Shown piece by piece: positions 43,643 through 63,100 of a stretch of DNA of 64,000 bases. The first letter of the stretch is position 1. Each line of letters starts with the position of its first letter. The position numbers and the translations under genes were made by a program. A model generated the notes under the pieces. That model did no database searches and was not told where the DNA came from. It saw only the letters and a program-made list of their open reading frames with translations. The stretch is from the human T2T-CHM13v2.0 reference genome, Homo sapiens, in NCBI RefSeq assembly GCF_009914755.1, contig NC_060931.1; one strand, 5' to 3'.

Positions 43643-44745
43643 GTACCCAAGAATTAAATTGAGTGGAGCACATAACCGCTATTTGGGAAAAGACATAATA
43701 GAAACATTAAAATCTCTAGTCACTTTTCAGCAAACAAACTGATCTGCATCTAAGTTGTCCCAGATACTGCCTTCAAATACCTTAAATGACTAGGAAGAAG
43801 ATAAAAATAGACATCTATCTATCTATCTGTCTATCTATGCAATTGCAATACAATGTGTCACTTATATTATGGAAACTAAAACACCACAGTATATTGTGCT
43901 ATTCGTGCCTAGACTAGCTCAGAAGTATTGTTGAAAGTAAAATGATCTTGAATTATAAAACCATAGTGATGCTTTCATGGGCAATGCCATTCACTATTCT
44001 AGTCTGTGCTGCCAATAACATATCTCCCCATGCACTAGATTTGGGAAGAAGCACACAAAGAGTTTTGCATAGTTTGATGTCTATCATAAGAGGCTTCTAT
44101 CATGGATGTGATGAATATGAGAGGGATAAAAATTTAAAAATGAAGTTTCCAGAGAAGAGTTAATTTTTAAAATCTTTTTCTAGCATTACATTGAAAAGTA
44201 ACATCTGTCATAGAATTCTAACTGGTGAAAACTCAATTGGTGTTTTTTAGAGATCAGCTTGAGAATACATTACACACTATTACAGTTGCTTGACATGTAG
44301 TCACTTAGATGTATTGGTGTATATGTTTGTGTATTTGATTGCTTTTAAATAAATAAATGCTATTTTCATCCTCGGGCACAATTCCTTTCAACTGCCACTA
44401 TCTGGTATTGCAATCAGTGTTCCTCTCTCTCTGTGATCAGTACAGAAGATTTATGGATCTTTGAGCAGTTTTTCAAATTAGCTCATGTTGAAGAGTAGGA
44501 TAAGGTCTCCAGAGTTGTTGAGACATGAAAAAAGATGAATTTGTGGAAAGTAAAGAAGTAAATGATATGGTTTGGCTGTGTCCCCACCCAAAGCTCATCT
44601 TGAATTGTAACTCCCACAATTCCCACATGTCATGGGAGGAACCCGGTGAGAGGTGACTGAATTATGGGGGCAGGTCTTTCCTGAGCTGTTCTAGTAATAG
44701 TGAGTGAGTCTCATGAGATCTGATGGTTTTAAAAACAGAAGTTTT

Positions 44746-46588
<1,843 letters not shown>

Positions 46589-47029
46589 AAAAAAGGAAGC
46601 TTTTTCTGTACCAGCTCTCTGTTTGCCTGTCACCATTCATGTAAGATATGACTTGCTCCTCCTTCCCTTCTGCCATGATAATTATGAGGGCTCCCCAGCT
46701 GTGTGGATTTGCAAGTCCATTAAACCTCTTTCTTTTGTAAATTGCCAAGTCTGGGGTATGTCTTTATCAGCAGCCAGAAAACAAACTATTACAGTAAAGA
46801 TTTAAAATGGACTGTGATGAGCCAACAATTAAGTTGTGCTACCAAAACCAGTTGTTCCTCTTCCTTCTCTGTTGTCCTTTACCTATGATGCTTAGTACAT
46901 CTACATAACACCCTAGATCAAGTAAGATTAAAAAGAACTCTATAATGTATGAGAGTTCCAATGGCTTCTGAAATAAAGGAAAAAAGGAAGTCTTCCTGTG
47001 TAGTATTGTGGAAGGAAGAGGAGATTTCT

Positions 47030-47466
47030 ATAGGTAGCTGGTGAGGGTATCCTCTCAAATTTCAGGTCCACCTGGAACTTCAGAATGTGATCTTATTTGG
47101 AAATAAAGTATTTGCAGATGTAATTAGTTAGAATTAAGTCATAAGAGATTAGAATGTGCCTTAAATCCAGTATGATTGTTGTTTTTATACTAAGAGAAGC
47201 TCCAAATATGTAGAGACACACAGGGAAGAATCTTACATGACAAGAGAGGCAAGGATTGGAGTTATATTGCCACAAGCCTGAAATCACCTGAAGCTAGGAA
47301 GAGGCAGGGGAGGATTTTTTTCTAGACCATTCAGATGGAGCATGGCTCTGCTAACACCTTGATTTTGGACTTCTGGCCTCTACCACTGTGCGAAATTAAA
47401 TTCCTACGTTTTAGATTACCTGGTTTAATGGTACCTTGTTATAGCAGTCCTAGGAAACTTAATACA
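47030..47466 (+). mobile_element. MLT1C-type solo LTR
   Basis: CAGAATGTGATCTTATTTGGAAATA, GAAGCTAGGAAGAGGCA, GATTTTGGACTTCTGGCCTC; ends AATACA. Confidence 0.85.
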
Positions 47467-47764
47467 AATAAGTATTTTCTGGTTATATGGTGTGTGCAAA
47501 TCCATGGCAAATTCTATTTTATAATAATCCCTTTGATTATGTTAACTTTTAAGTTCTAATGCTAATTAGATCCACTTATTGACTTATTGATATAGTAAAT
47601 GAACTACTACTGTATGTTTGTATTGCCTGTGCATGTGTGAAAAGCAAGGTATGAATTTGCATAGTACATCTAATAAGTGGCTTTATGTATTACTAGGAAA
47701 CAATCCACGAATGGTACAAATGAAGATTACAAAAATTAAGATTTAAATTCTTAAAAATAAAAGC

Positions 47765-47990
47765 AGGATGGCATAGCAGAAGAGGTGTAAGGATAAAAAT
47801 CAAAACACTTGAGTTCCAGTGTTGCTGCTACAATTTAAATGTGCATGACTTTATGCAAGCCATTACATTTTTCTACATCTGTAGTCAGAAAATAAAAATG
47901 TCAGACTTCCCATTTCACAGGATTGTTTGAGAAATGAACATACTTATACTACTTTATTAAAGTGTATAGTAATATGAAGTTTATTATATT
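47765..47990 (+). mobile_element. MIR relic
   Basis: ATGGCATAGCAGAA..., ACTTGAGTTCCAGTG, TCACAGGATTGTTTGAG. Confidence 0.6.
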
Positions 47991-49579
47991 TGTTAATTAA
48001 GAAGGTACTTGAATGAAATGTATATAACTCACATTTGCAAGCCATATGTTCTGGTATAATGGAAAATCACTGTTCATTCAATGTGCTTATCTTAATGGCT
48101 TAGAGAGAAGCTTATCAGAGTCAAAATTATTTTCATAATTCAGGTTGTCATTTTTGGAAGGTTATCTAGAGCCATTTTGCAAACCTGAGAACAAGTGGAT
48201 GAGTGGCATCTGCAATTTGTAACTTTGGCTTTTTAGTGCACAAACACAGGACCAATAATTTACAAAATCTACAAGTCTTTTTTTCACACTTCACAGAAAT
48301 ATTTCTGAAAAGTTTTATGCCAACAATTGGACCTCATCTTTCTAATCAGCTTTTTAGCAAAAATGAAAACAGTGGTGCTGTTATCCAGGGATTTCCTAGA
48401 AGAACTGATGAAATGTCAGGCTAGTCATTTGCTTGCTTTGTTGATTGCAGAGAGGACATTTTTTCTTGTTCAGTTTTTGACTTTTATCAGTTAACACAGA
48501 CAACATGATAAAGGGGAAGAAAGCCAATGATATCTTCGCGCATGCAGAAATAAGAAAAATTTATGAACATTGGTACTTTTCAAAAGATAATTTGTCTTCA
48601 TTTCCATCATTTTGTGTGTACTACTGGCATTTTGACACCTGCAGATTTTGGCTTGGCCTGTATTGAACAGATGCACACTCCATCACACGTGGGTATGGTT
48701 TTTAGGCAATGCATTTTTCCTTCACAAGCATGTCGCCCACCCACCGGAAAGAGCTGAATACCTCCATTGATTCTGTATATTTCTTTCAAATGATACTTTG
48801 TATTTTATTTCTGCTCATTAGTATGATAGTTAAAAATCTTATCTTCTGTACCCTACCTTTTAAAAATCTAGGTTTCAATATTATTTACTTCCTTTTTTTT
48901 CTCTCAGTTACTTCTTTTTATTTTCATTGGTAAGAAATTGTAAAGTGTAACAGAATGAGTGGAAAATCAATGAATACCCCGTTGGTTAAAATCTCTGTTA
49001 TGGCTTTTTAATATATTTAATAACATGGGGATAATTAAGTGCCACTTAATGTCAACTGATTTTATTTAAGAAGAAATTGTTTATATTTTTCATAATTTGG
49101 TTTTAACTTTGTAGACACCATTTGCTTTATGTTTTATGAATTTTGAGGACATACTTAAAACTAACAATAACATTATTAAAATATGAAAATATTGACACCA
49201 TTAGCTAAAGCTTATCCACTAGGAGGAGCTGAGTGCTTTATCAAGTATATGTGAAATTTATGTCTAAAAACATTTAGTAAAATATTATCAGTATGTTGAG
49301 GTTAATACTGATAAAAGTAACATTAAGCTGAGATAAATTGAATGCCATTATGGTTATATAATAACTTAGAAGCAAAAAGTACAGAGTAAATTTTATTGTA
49401 TGCTTCCAGCTAATTAGATTACTGAGTGGTTTGAAGTAACTAAAATAAAATTCTACATGTGATTTTTTTAACATCAAAGATCCTTGTAAATTTTTTGTAT
49501 GTTTACACAATTAAACTGCTTTATAACCAATTTAGTATAAACTAGATCTAAAGGTAGGATATCAAAAAATGCAGGGCAG

Positions 49580-52608
<3,029 letters not shown>

Positions 52609-53940
52609 GTAATTCTGTCTGGGATAAGTTTCACGTGGTCATGATGTGTAATATTTTTAATATGTTGCTGAGTTTGGGCTGCAAATATTTTGTTGACTTT
52701 TTGTCTATACTCAGAGAAATATTGATACGTGGTTTTCTTTTTTGTGATATTTTTGTCTGGAGTTAGCATTGGGGCAACTCACAATGAATTGAAAATTGTT
52801 GCAGCTTCTGAAATCTGTAACACTTTATGAATGTTTTATGTCACCTCTTTTTAAAGTACTTGATAGAATTTACCTGTAAAATCACCTGAATCTGAATTTT
52901 TCTTTCTTGGAATCATTTTAATTACCAGTTTAACTCCTTTACTTGGTATACATGTATTCACCTTTTCTATTTCTTTTCTTCTCAGTATATATAATTTGTT
53001 TTTTTATTTTAATCTTTGTCCATTTATTTAAGTTGTCTAATTTTTCAGCATAAACTTGCTTTTATTCCCTTATGTACATTTTAATTTCTGTAAAATCTAT
53101 AATAATACACTACTTTTCATTTTGGATTTCAAAAATTTGTGTCTCTTTTTTCTTGTTCAATATATATAAGTTTTTGTCAATTTTGCTAATTTTTCCAGTG
53201 AAACTGATTGTGGTTTCATTGATTTCCTCTTTTCTCAGTTTTACTAATTCTGTTCTAATCTTTATTTTTTTCTCTGCTTTGAGTTGATTTTTTTCTCATT
53301 TTACTAGTTAAGTCTTAAGGTAGAAATATATTTATTTGAGATTTTATTTAACATTGGCATTTAAAGCTAATTTTTTTTTCTCTAAATACAGCTTTGCCTA
53401 CGTTGCTTAATTTTTTTTAATGGTGTGATTCAATTTTCAGTCATTTTAAAGTATTCTCTAATTTCCTCTGTAAGTTATCTTTTGGTCCATGGGTTATTTA
53501 GTAGTGTGTGGTTTATTTTCTGAAGACTAAAATTTCCATAGTTTTGTTGATTTCTAATTTATTATCTTTGTTTTGATAATATACTTTATTTTATTCTTTT
53601 TAAAGCTGATTATTGATTAGTATGTTATGGCCTAGCATACGGTTTATCATAGTATATTTTCCATATGCCCTTGGAAAGAATGTGTATTCTGTTGCTGTTA
53701 GATGGACTGTTCCATAGATTTCAGTTAGGTACAGGTCTTTGGGGAACAGGCAAGGATTGTCTGTATTTTTATTCTCATTTTGAAGGGTAGTTTTATTGGT
53801 CATTGAATTAATCTTCATTTATTTAGATATATAAGTATGTCACTTCACTGCATTCTAGCCTCCATTAATTCTGAGATGTTAATTTTATTATAATTCCCTT
53901 TTATGTGCTAAATAGCTTTTAATCTCATTGGTGGCTTTAT

Positions 53941-54264
53941 TTTTTATTTTTTGTTGTTGTTTATTTGTTTGTTTGTTGGTTTTGAGACAGAGTCTCCCTC
54001 TGTTGCCCAGGCTGGAGTGCAGTAGCAAGATCTCTGCTTACTGCAACCTCCGACTCCCAGGCTCAGGCGATTCTCCTGCCTCAACCTCCTGAGTAGCTGG
54101 GACTATAGGTGCAAGCCACCATGCCCAACCAATTTTTGTGTTTTTAGTAGAGGCAAGGTTTGGCAATGTTGGCCAGGCTGGCCGCAAACGCCTGGCCTCA
54201 AGTAATCTGCCCACCTCGACCTCCCAAAGTTCTGGGATTACAGGTATGAGCCACTGGGCCTGGC
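53941..54264 (-). mobile_element. Alu (old S/J-type)
   Basis: Reverse dimer with (TTTG)n tail. Confidence 0.92.
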
Positions 54265-54602
54265 TTGTTTTTTCTTGTTTGTTTGTTTGTTGTGTTTTTG
54301 TTCTTGAGACAGCATCTTGCTCTGTCACCCAGGCTAGAGTGCAGTGACACAATCTTGGCTCACTGCAAACCTCTTTGGCGCACTGCAACCCTGCTGGGTT
54401 CAGGTGATTCTCATGGCTCAGCTTCCCAAGTAGCTGGGATTACAGGTGCGCGACACCACGCCTGGCTAATTTTTGGCATTTTTAGTAGGACAGGGTTTCA
54501 GCATGTTGGCCAGGCTGGTCTCCCACTCCTGGCCTCTAGTGATCTGACCTCCTTGGCCTCCCAAAGTGCTGGGATTAGAGGTGTGAGCCACTGTGCCTGG
54601 CC
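54265..54602 (-). mobile_element. Alu (old S-type), tandem to the previous one
   Basis: Reverse dimer; CACTGCAA is locally duplicated. Confidence 0.92.
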
Positions 54603-55353
54603 TCTGCTTAGTTTTGGCTGTCAAAGTTTGACTATGATACATCTACATACAAATCTTTTTGTATTTATCCAATGTGGAATTTAATGAGCTTAATGGATAT
54701 ATACATAAATGTTTTTCATCAAATTTGACATGTGTTTAGTCATTCCTTACTAACAAATGTTTTCACTCCTTTTATTCTGTCTCCTCTATTCTATGATAGC
54801 ACATAGTTGAACTAAGCAACTACTCTGCCAGAGACAATCAAGAATGAACTTACATACTTACTGTCATGTGGATTAAGCCAAACTTTAATATGCTTGGTGC
54901 TCGTTGATACTTATTAAAGAAGAGTGCTGAAACCTACTGTTAGAAAACTAATAATTTACTCAGAAAAACAAGTGAAAACTACAGAAATTGCAAAGAAAAT
55001 CCAAGGGACGTAACACATTGACTAAGAGTGAATGAGAGAAATAGAAGAAATCTTCAGTGAGGCAGAATTTCAATAGGAAAACCAATGAAATATTTACATT
55101 AAAAAGATACACTATATCTATGACATTTTGTGAAATTCAGACTTATTAAGTACACATAAACGTATATTTGCTTAGGTTCATAATGAGCTTCTCTGATACA
55201 CAGTATTTTATTAAAAACGTTAATTCTGACGATAGATGTTTACTCCAAACACTAGTTGAAGAGTTTCCAAATTACCCTTTCCTGTTGTAGATTAGAATGT
55301 ATCATAATCTGAACATTGCCTCATATATATAAATAAGCAGATATACTCTAAAT

Positions 55354-55881
55354 CAGCAGTCCCCAACCTTTTTGGCACCAGGGACCGGTTTTATGGAAGA
55401 CAAGTTTTCCATCGGCTGGGTTTGGGGGGGTGCTTTCAGGATGATTCAAGCATATTACATTTACTGTGCACATTATTTTTATTATCATTACATTAGAATA
55501 TATAATAAAATAATTATACAACTCACTGTAATGTAGAATCAGTGGGAGCCGTGAGCTTGTTTTCCTGCAACTAGATGGTCCCATGTGGGGGTGATGGGAG
55601 ACAATGACACATCATCCGGCATTAGATGCTCATAAGTAGCATGCAACCTCGATTCCTCACATGTGCAGTTCACAATAAGATTCATGCTTCTGTGAAAATC
55701 TAATGCCATCACTGATCTGACAGGAGGCAGAACTCAGGTGGTAATGTGAACAATGGGGAGCTGCTGTAAATACAGATGAAGCTTTGCTTGCTTGCCCTCT
55801 GCTTAGTTCCTGCTGTGCGGCCTGGTTCCTAAGAGGCCATGGACTGATACCAGTGTATGGCTGGGGGGTTAGGGACCCCTG
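55354..55881 (+). mobile_element. Complete MER1A (hAT-Charlie)
   Basis: TIRs CAGCAGTCCCCAACC / GGTTAGGGACCCCTG; perfect 8-bp TSD CTCTAAAT at 55346-53 and 55882-89; strand assigned by recalled consensus orientation. Confidence 0.93.
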
Positions 55882-58800
55882 CTCTAAATAAAAGTATCCA
55901 TTTATGTGTTTGTACATTATTTTTTTTCTTAAAAGAGCTTCTAAGTTTCACAACGTACTGTCACCTTGGTTCCTGACTATGAGTAGAATTAAAATGTTCC
56001 CAGGATCTACTAAAAATGAGGAAGAAATAATTTTTGCACACCTTAGAGATAATGAATCAGTAAGATAACCAGATTCTTAATTTCAATTCAATATATCAGA
56101 ACATCCTTCTTGATTTTTATTTAGTCTGAAATGTAATTTCACTCTTGGTTATTTGAGAAGTTAATGTTTCTCATCTTAAGGAAACCATATAATAAGCCTT
56201 CCCATTCTCTCCCAGTCTTAATGCCACACTGACCTATGTAATTTCAGGTAACAGACAAGCTGTCAAAAGGAATATATTTGCCAAAAATCACAGATTCAGT
56301 TTTTAAATGTAGCAAATGCCAAATATAGTTTCCAACTTTGTCAAGTTTTATGAAATTATTATACCCCATTTAACATTTTCTTATGCTTTTAAAAAATGAA
56401 ATAATTCCTTGACCATGATTACACCAAATCTGACTTATGAACATGAATCAACATGATGTCATAAAGTACTGAGGACTCAAAAGTAGAATGACATAGTATA
56501 GGTGTAACATTAGCACTACCTGTTTCAGCTTTCAATATATTATTCCTCTTAACATTTTCCTTTAAGATGAACACATGTTGATTTCAAAAATTAAATGAAA
56601 ATTCTTATTGACGCTTTGATGTTTATTATGTAGTCCACTGTAGATTTTCAGAATAATGAAACTGGATTCACCCTTGATGGAATGAATCCACCAAACTTAT
56701 TGTGATTAATTTCTGTCTCAAGAAAATAGAGTGCTGATCATAAATCAAGTTACATCTTAATGAAGTAAACAGAGGAAGGGAGGCAGTTAGATTCAGGTGT
56801 TTGATTTGAGCAAAATGGCATTCTAGTTTACTAAACAGAAATGAAGGATGACTTCAAATCTTCCAGAGAAAGATTGCTTACATAAAGATTCAAACTCTAC
56901 ACAACAATATTTGGTTCTGAGGCAAGTGGATGCTTTGAACACTAATACACATAAGCTCCCCTAGGCAGGTTAATTTGTTAAGATGTCTATAGATGTCAAA
57001 AGTATGTTTGTAATACCAGGTCTTTCATAATAAATCTTCAAGAGAAGGTCATAAAAGGCATTTAGAAGATATTGTCAGATACAGAAAACCAATTTTACAT
57101 AAACATCTAATTCTAATAATGTCCTCCAAAAGAGGCTCCAGAAAACTGCTTTTAAAATTCTAGTACTTTGGAAATGTTCTACATTCAATGGTATTGCAAA
57201 CTACACGGAGGAGAAATCATATCTTTAATTAAATTGATAGACCAGTCATGAAAATTTGGCTTTATAAGGAGGGGACAAGATGTATAAGAATTCAATGAAA
57301 CAAAATTAATTACATCAGCAACACATAAAATATAGTATCTAGTCTTTTACAAACCAAATCATATTAATATATATGAAGTTTCTCTTAAAAATATACTAGG
57401 TGCAGTGATGGGAACACACTGTCACAGCTGCTAAATAATTTTTGATGGCAATCATTCAGATATTAATTTCCATATCTCCAAATTACTATATACTCTAACA
57501 TACGGTAGGATTAGTAAATATTTATATTAATAGGATGAATTAGTAAACTACTTACTAAAAAAGTTAAAGTATTTTTATCACTCATAGATTAAAAATCCTT
57601 CAATAATAAGACAAAGTTATTACTAGAGATTCGTACAAATTTTTATAGAATTATATTCATTCATTTATTCACTAATTCAGAGAAAAGTTATTTAACATCT
57701 ACCATGTGCTAAATTTTGCAGAATTTGTGTGGAAATAAATTATATTTTCCTCTTAAAGGCCTTGGGTTAGCCTATTTAGGCTCATAGTTTACGTCAAACC
57801 TGGATTATTTTTATATTTCTTGAGGACAAAATTATTTGTGAGATCTATTTTTAGATTTTCTTCTGATTCCAGTTAATTATTTTGCTAAAGTCATCCTATA
57901 TTCTGTGTACTAATGATGAGTGATTATGAAAAGTTCAGGTACATCAAATAAATGATAATATCTTAAAGGGATAGAAGCCACGAATGTGCTACATATAGCC
58001 ATAGGGGAAGTGCTTTAAAATAACAGCAGACTCATAATAAATTTGCCAGGGTTTCCATCACATAATTCCATAGAATAGTCCTTAGCTACAGATTAACATT
58101 TAATTCAACACAATTTAATTAAATAAAGAAATATTTTTGTATCTCATGTCTCTCCTTTGTACAGAACCCTCTTCTATATACTGTATGTCACATCTTGCAA
58201 AGTCCTTAATGTTGAGCAGTTAAGAAAAACTAACATTATTTGAAAACAAAACTATTATCAAGAACTGTTCTAGATATGTTACCCTTATTATCTCTGAAAC
58301 CCCACCATAGTCACGAAAGATGAATGCTTTCATCCCTGATTTACAGATGACAATTACTGTTCACTCATTGAGACTCAAATCTAGACTGACTCCAATATCC
58401 ACCTTCCCAAACCTCATGGAAGCACAAGAATCCTATATAGAACAAACATAATATTTAAAAATCAAATAATAGCAAGAGAAACAAAACATGAGGCAGCATT
58501 TTAACAAATAATAAAATGAGTAGTAATTACTGCTATGGAAGAAATCAGTAAAAATTGGTGTGGTCAAGAGACTTCAAGGAAAAATTAATGGAGAAGTATT
58601 TAGATTACAGATCGGGGTTGGAAATCCGTAAAGTCTAAGCAGGCATGATAATAAGCATGGATTGTTTGGGATATTGCAAGAGGCTAACTTTTGAGAGTTC
58701 AAAAAATGTTGTCGATAGATTTCGTGGACAACTTGAGTGACAGAGCATGGAATTCAGAGTTATTCTTACAGCTAAAGGAAGTTGATTAAGGGTTGTTAAA

Positions 58801-59648
58801 CAAACAACTAAGAGAGTGCTGGCAGCTAATGAGACACTGTTATTTAAAATCATGAAAACTGAGACAGGCAGACCAGTTAGAAGACAACTGCAATACTTCA
58901 GGCATGGGTTTGTGAGGGCAGGTTGAGCACACAAAAAAAATTTTAAAAAGAGAAAAATGTCTGTGAAAGGATCAATTGTACTTGGGACTGGGAGTTGGGT
59001 GGGAGGAGTATGATATGGTTCAAGATCTGTTCATCTAATGTGGTTATGAGTCCGAAATCTTCCAAAAGGATATTAAATGCTTTTTTTTTTTCACTAATCG
59101 GCTATGACATCCTGCCAGGTATTCCCTAGCTAGACAGGAAATCTGCCAAAATTCCTGTCTACTGAAGAAGCATCCATAAATTTGTCCCAGGTGTTGGTGG
59201 AGTATGATGGGGAGGGTGTAGAAGTGCATAAAATGTTACCTAGAAATGATCTTTGTGGTTTTAATTTGATAGGAAGCCTTCCTTTGACTGGAAATGGAGT
59301 ATAATAGATAGAGGTGAACTTCAGCTAAATGCTAGCTGAATGAATGTCCATCAGGGATGCTAAAATATTGTCTAGAATCTATGCCTATATACAGATTCTA
59401 TTGCTTGAAAGGATGGGAGCAAAGACAAATGTGATTAAATTTCCCCCTCCTTTGCTATGATGATTATTCAGATATTCGGTGTGATTGATGTTGAAGTTAG
59501 GAAGATATGCTACTGGGAACTTGATGCACCACTTGTTTGGGTCATCCCTAGGGATGCAGTTATGTTTTCCCTTTTTTCTAATGATGCCATAATGTTCTTA
59601 TGTGCTTCTGCCTCTGATTTTACGTTCTTGCTCTTTCTCCCCATGCAT

Positions 59649-59675
59649 ACACACACACACACACACACACACACA
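59649..59675. repeat. (CA)n microsatellite
   Basis: Directly visible. Confidence 0.95.
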
Positions 59676-59944
59676 AATAACATACACCATGGAAGACATT
59701 ATCATATCTAAGAAGGAGATGGTGGAGGTCTTATGTAGCCCATCATGCAGCCTCCACAAGTTATACTAGAACCAGGTGGCTGATGACAATCATTACTCAT
59801 CATAAGGGCTGGACTAGGGTTCTTTGAGGCCTGACTGCAAGTTAATCAACCTCCTTGCATGTTGAGGTTGGAAATATTTAACTAGTTCTGAAAATTGGTG
59901 TTATTCAGTGGAGAATGGCTCCACCCCATGTCATCTACACTTTT

Positions 59945-60103
59945 GCCTCTCAAAGTGTGATCCATGGACAAGCTGCTTAACATCCTCACATCAAAACTTG
60001 TGGAAATCAGAGCCTCAGGCCCCACCCCAGAACTACTACATCAGAATCTACATTTGACATGATCTCTGGTGATTCATGTGCATATTAAAAACAGAGAAAT
60101 ATT
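59945..60103. mobile_element. MER5-type hAT MITE
   Basis: TCTCAAAGTGTGATCC...CTCAGGCCCCACCCCAGA..TAC..ATCAGAATCT. Confidence 0.8.
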
Positions 60104-63100
60104 CTTTCAGTTACTTTGATCATCACTTTTCATCTTACATATTCAACCAGTTCTGGGTGATATAATTCTAATCCCTAATATAGCTTGCTTCTCACTCACT
60201 CAGGACACTTCTTGAGGCAATGTAGACACTTGTATGACAGATGTTATAGCACCATTGCTTGTGGTAAATCCATACTCTCAAGTAAAATGTATTAGCTGCC
60301 TTTCTTCACCCCTTAAAAGGTAACCCAAATCACCATGACAAGAAAGAAAACTAGGCACACATGGTATAAGATGTTCAAAAGATTTTACTCGCAAATCCAG
60401 ATCTTCAACATAGTACATTATCATGGCTATACGGGCAGAAATTTATTTGTCATAACTGCTATTTTTAGTGAAGTCCACCTATGCATTGCTTCAGAAATGT
60501 GTCTCAAAGGTGAGACACTTAATCTAAAAATATGTATAAAATATATATTCTTATGGGGCTAGGTGGATATTGATTCTGACCAAATTAAGCCTCTCAACTA
60601 CTGTGGGAAAAATACTTAAACATTGCTTGTGACATCACATTAACAATGAATAATTCAGCTGAATTCAGTGTAAGAAAGATGTTTAATTTGAAGCTTTTGC
60701 CACATGAAATAAAAATATGTGTTAAGAAACTTACTTTCGAGTAGCAAACATCAAACATTATCTTTATCCCTGAATCAAAAACTAGTGGAATTAGAAGAAA
60801 ATGCATAAGATATTGAACTATATCAAATATTTCATTATACATATCTATTACACATATTTTCCCTGTATAAGCTGTTAAAATGCTTGAGTTTTACATCAAA
60901 TTGCATGATGAATCAGTGTATAAAGAAATATGTAGGTCACAGAATGACCAACTGTAGAACAAGATTCCAAATTGTAATACCTCACATTTCAAAACCGGCT
61001 GCTGATAATTTGACTAGTTTATATTTCTTTGGCATCAGCAGCAGTTCTGCTAAGGCAAAGTAAATGTCATAAAATGTTTTGTTTTCCAGCAGCCATAGGC
61101 AAATAATTGGCATCTGTTTTCTGTTGTCTAGCTGCAGTCGTGATTTCTGAAACAGAAGCTTCCATTCCTCATCTAATAACTTGTTGATTTGGGACCCTCA
61201 AGGGACCAAAAAACAAATCAAAAAAAAAAAAAAGGAAAAAGGAAACTTGTTTGAGGGAAGAAAAAATCAAACCCTGAAAACATTTGGGTTTCATAGTGCA
61301 TTCCATCATAGAATGTTTGGACTCATCTGTGTCTCCAAAAATAAATAGGAACAGGAAATAAGTAGCTCTTCTTGTTAAACCTGAAACAATGAAGTTTCTA
61401 TATTGCAAAGTTTAAAAGAGACAAAAGGTCCTCTTAAAATAATTTTGTTCGAATTCACCTTCAAATACTTCTTGACAAGAACAAAATGTGTTAGTTGTTA
61501 TAAGAAAAGGAAGAGAGCTAAAGCCTCCAGAGTGGAGAAATTGGGTTTGCCTTGAATTTCAACATTTTTAAAAGCTCAGTTAAGTGGGGGATGTGATTAT
61601 TTGTAGAGCAGGAAAGGCACTTACAAATGCAACTGTAGGAGGCTCTCTCTTTTTAATGTTTAAGAGCAGATAAAACGCCACTTTCACTGACTTCAGGCGT
61701 TCTTCTGGCTCAGGACTAGGCCATTAATAGTCATTAACACTCTTTCAAATGTATTGCCAGAGTGGTAATGAAATCAACACCTTCTCATTTTTATACTGAA
61801 GCTCTGCCAAAGAGCATTTGGTCTTGTCACTACATATCGATGTGCTGTGCGATGTGCTTGCTACTTAAGATATCAACATAAACACTGAATAAAAACATAA
61901 ATCTTTTATGATGTTGGGGCATGTTGCCATTATATTGTAAATCAATGTAGATCAATTATTCAAACCTAGCCCATTGTTTAACGGATGGAGGGCAGACAAG
62001 CCAGTTGCAGTGTAAACTGGGTCTATTTTCCTATTCAGAGTTGAACATCAATTTAGGTTTTTCAAACAAATCATTAGCTGAAAAGCTATCCTTAGAAATT
62101 TGATTCCATGCCATGTTCCCACCATTTGTCATTTAGGGAAATGTCTCAAAGAATCAGTTAATATGATGAGTACCTTTTTTTTTTCCATAAAAGAAGACCT
62201 AATCTAATCTTAAGTGTTGATGGTCTACAAGTTTTAGTTTAAATTAGATGCACAGATTTAGCAGTTGCTGCTCCACCTCACCTTCCTTTATAATTATTCA
62301 ATATGAATAATTTATGCTGAATTTGGTAATATAGGATACTATTTCTGCAAAGGGAAGGACAGACTGACAGACGATAGAAAGGAAAGAAAGGAGGGAGGGA
62401 GGGAGAGAAGAGGAAAGGAAAGAAAGAAAGAAGGCTTCCTTTTAACCTACTTTATTTAGAATTTCATTTTCTTTCCTTTTCTTCCTGATTTTCCTTCATT
62501 ATTGGAACATATTTGTAGGTTGGAAAAATACGTTCCCTTCCTAAGTCCCCCAAAGCTATAACATGGAAAAAAGAAACAAGTTAGTAAGGGGAGTGAAGAC
62601 ATCTGTGTTCACCCCTTTCCAGCACAGACCACAACTGCTTACTCCATAACCAAGTTGTGGTAAACCTGCCCTACTTAATCTTATTCCTTTCTGGCCTCTT
62701 CTTCCTTTGAGCCCTATCATGAGAGAACCATCCACCTCCTTTCAGCCACAAATGTCTAGGAGGTTCCATGTATTTGTGTTGTCCTCAGAAGTATTTTTTA
62801 TATCTAAACTCTATATGTTTTCAAAACCTAATTATTATAATTTACGAGGGCATCATGCTTTCTCACAGAGGGTCTAAGTATATAATAGAAGAGATTGAGG
62901 GGCATGAAATAAACTTTTCTAGCCTAATCTATGATTTATTTTAGCTATTACCAATGGCTTCAAGAGAATTGCTCACTCATTTTATGGGCTAGTAAGATTG
63001 AGAAACTCTATGTACTCGTTCTGTTTTGCTTTAGCACAAGAACATAACATATGTATTCTGTTGTTCCTGAGTCCCAAGCAGTACAATAGATACTAGATCA

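Larger units (their letters stand above)
52610..54800 (-). mobile_element. Old L1M (5' ORF2 / ORF1 region) fragment
   Basis: ORF track remnants QQHIKNITHHDHVKLIP and TAT-EYTFFPRAYG...INRMLGH. Confidence 0.8.

Noticed and set aside
49216-49228. CCACTAGGAGGAG as another CTCF site
   Set aside because: Two mismatches in the G-rich half and isolated; too weak without ChIP data.
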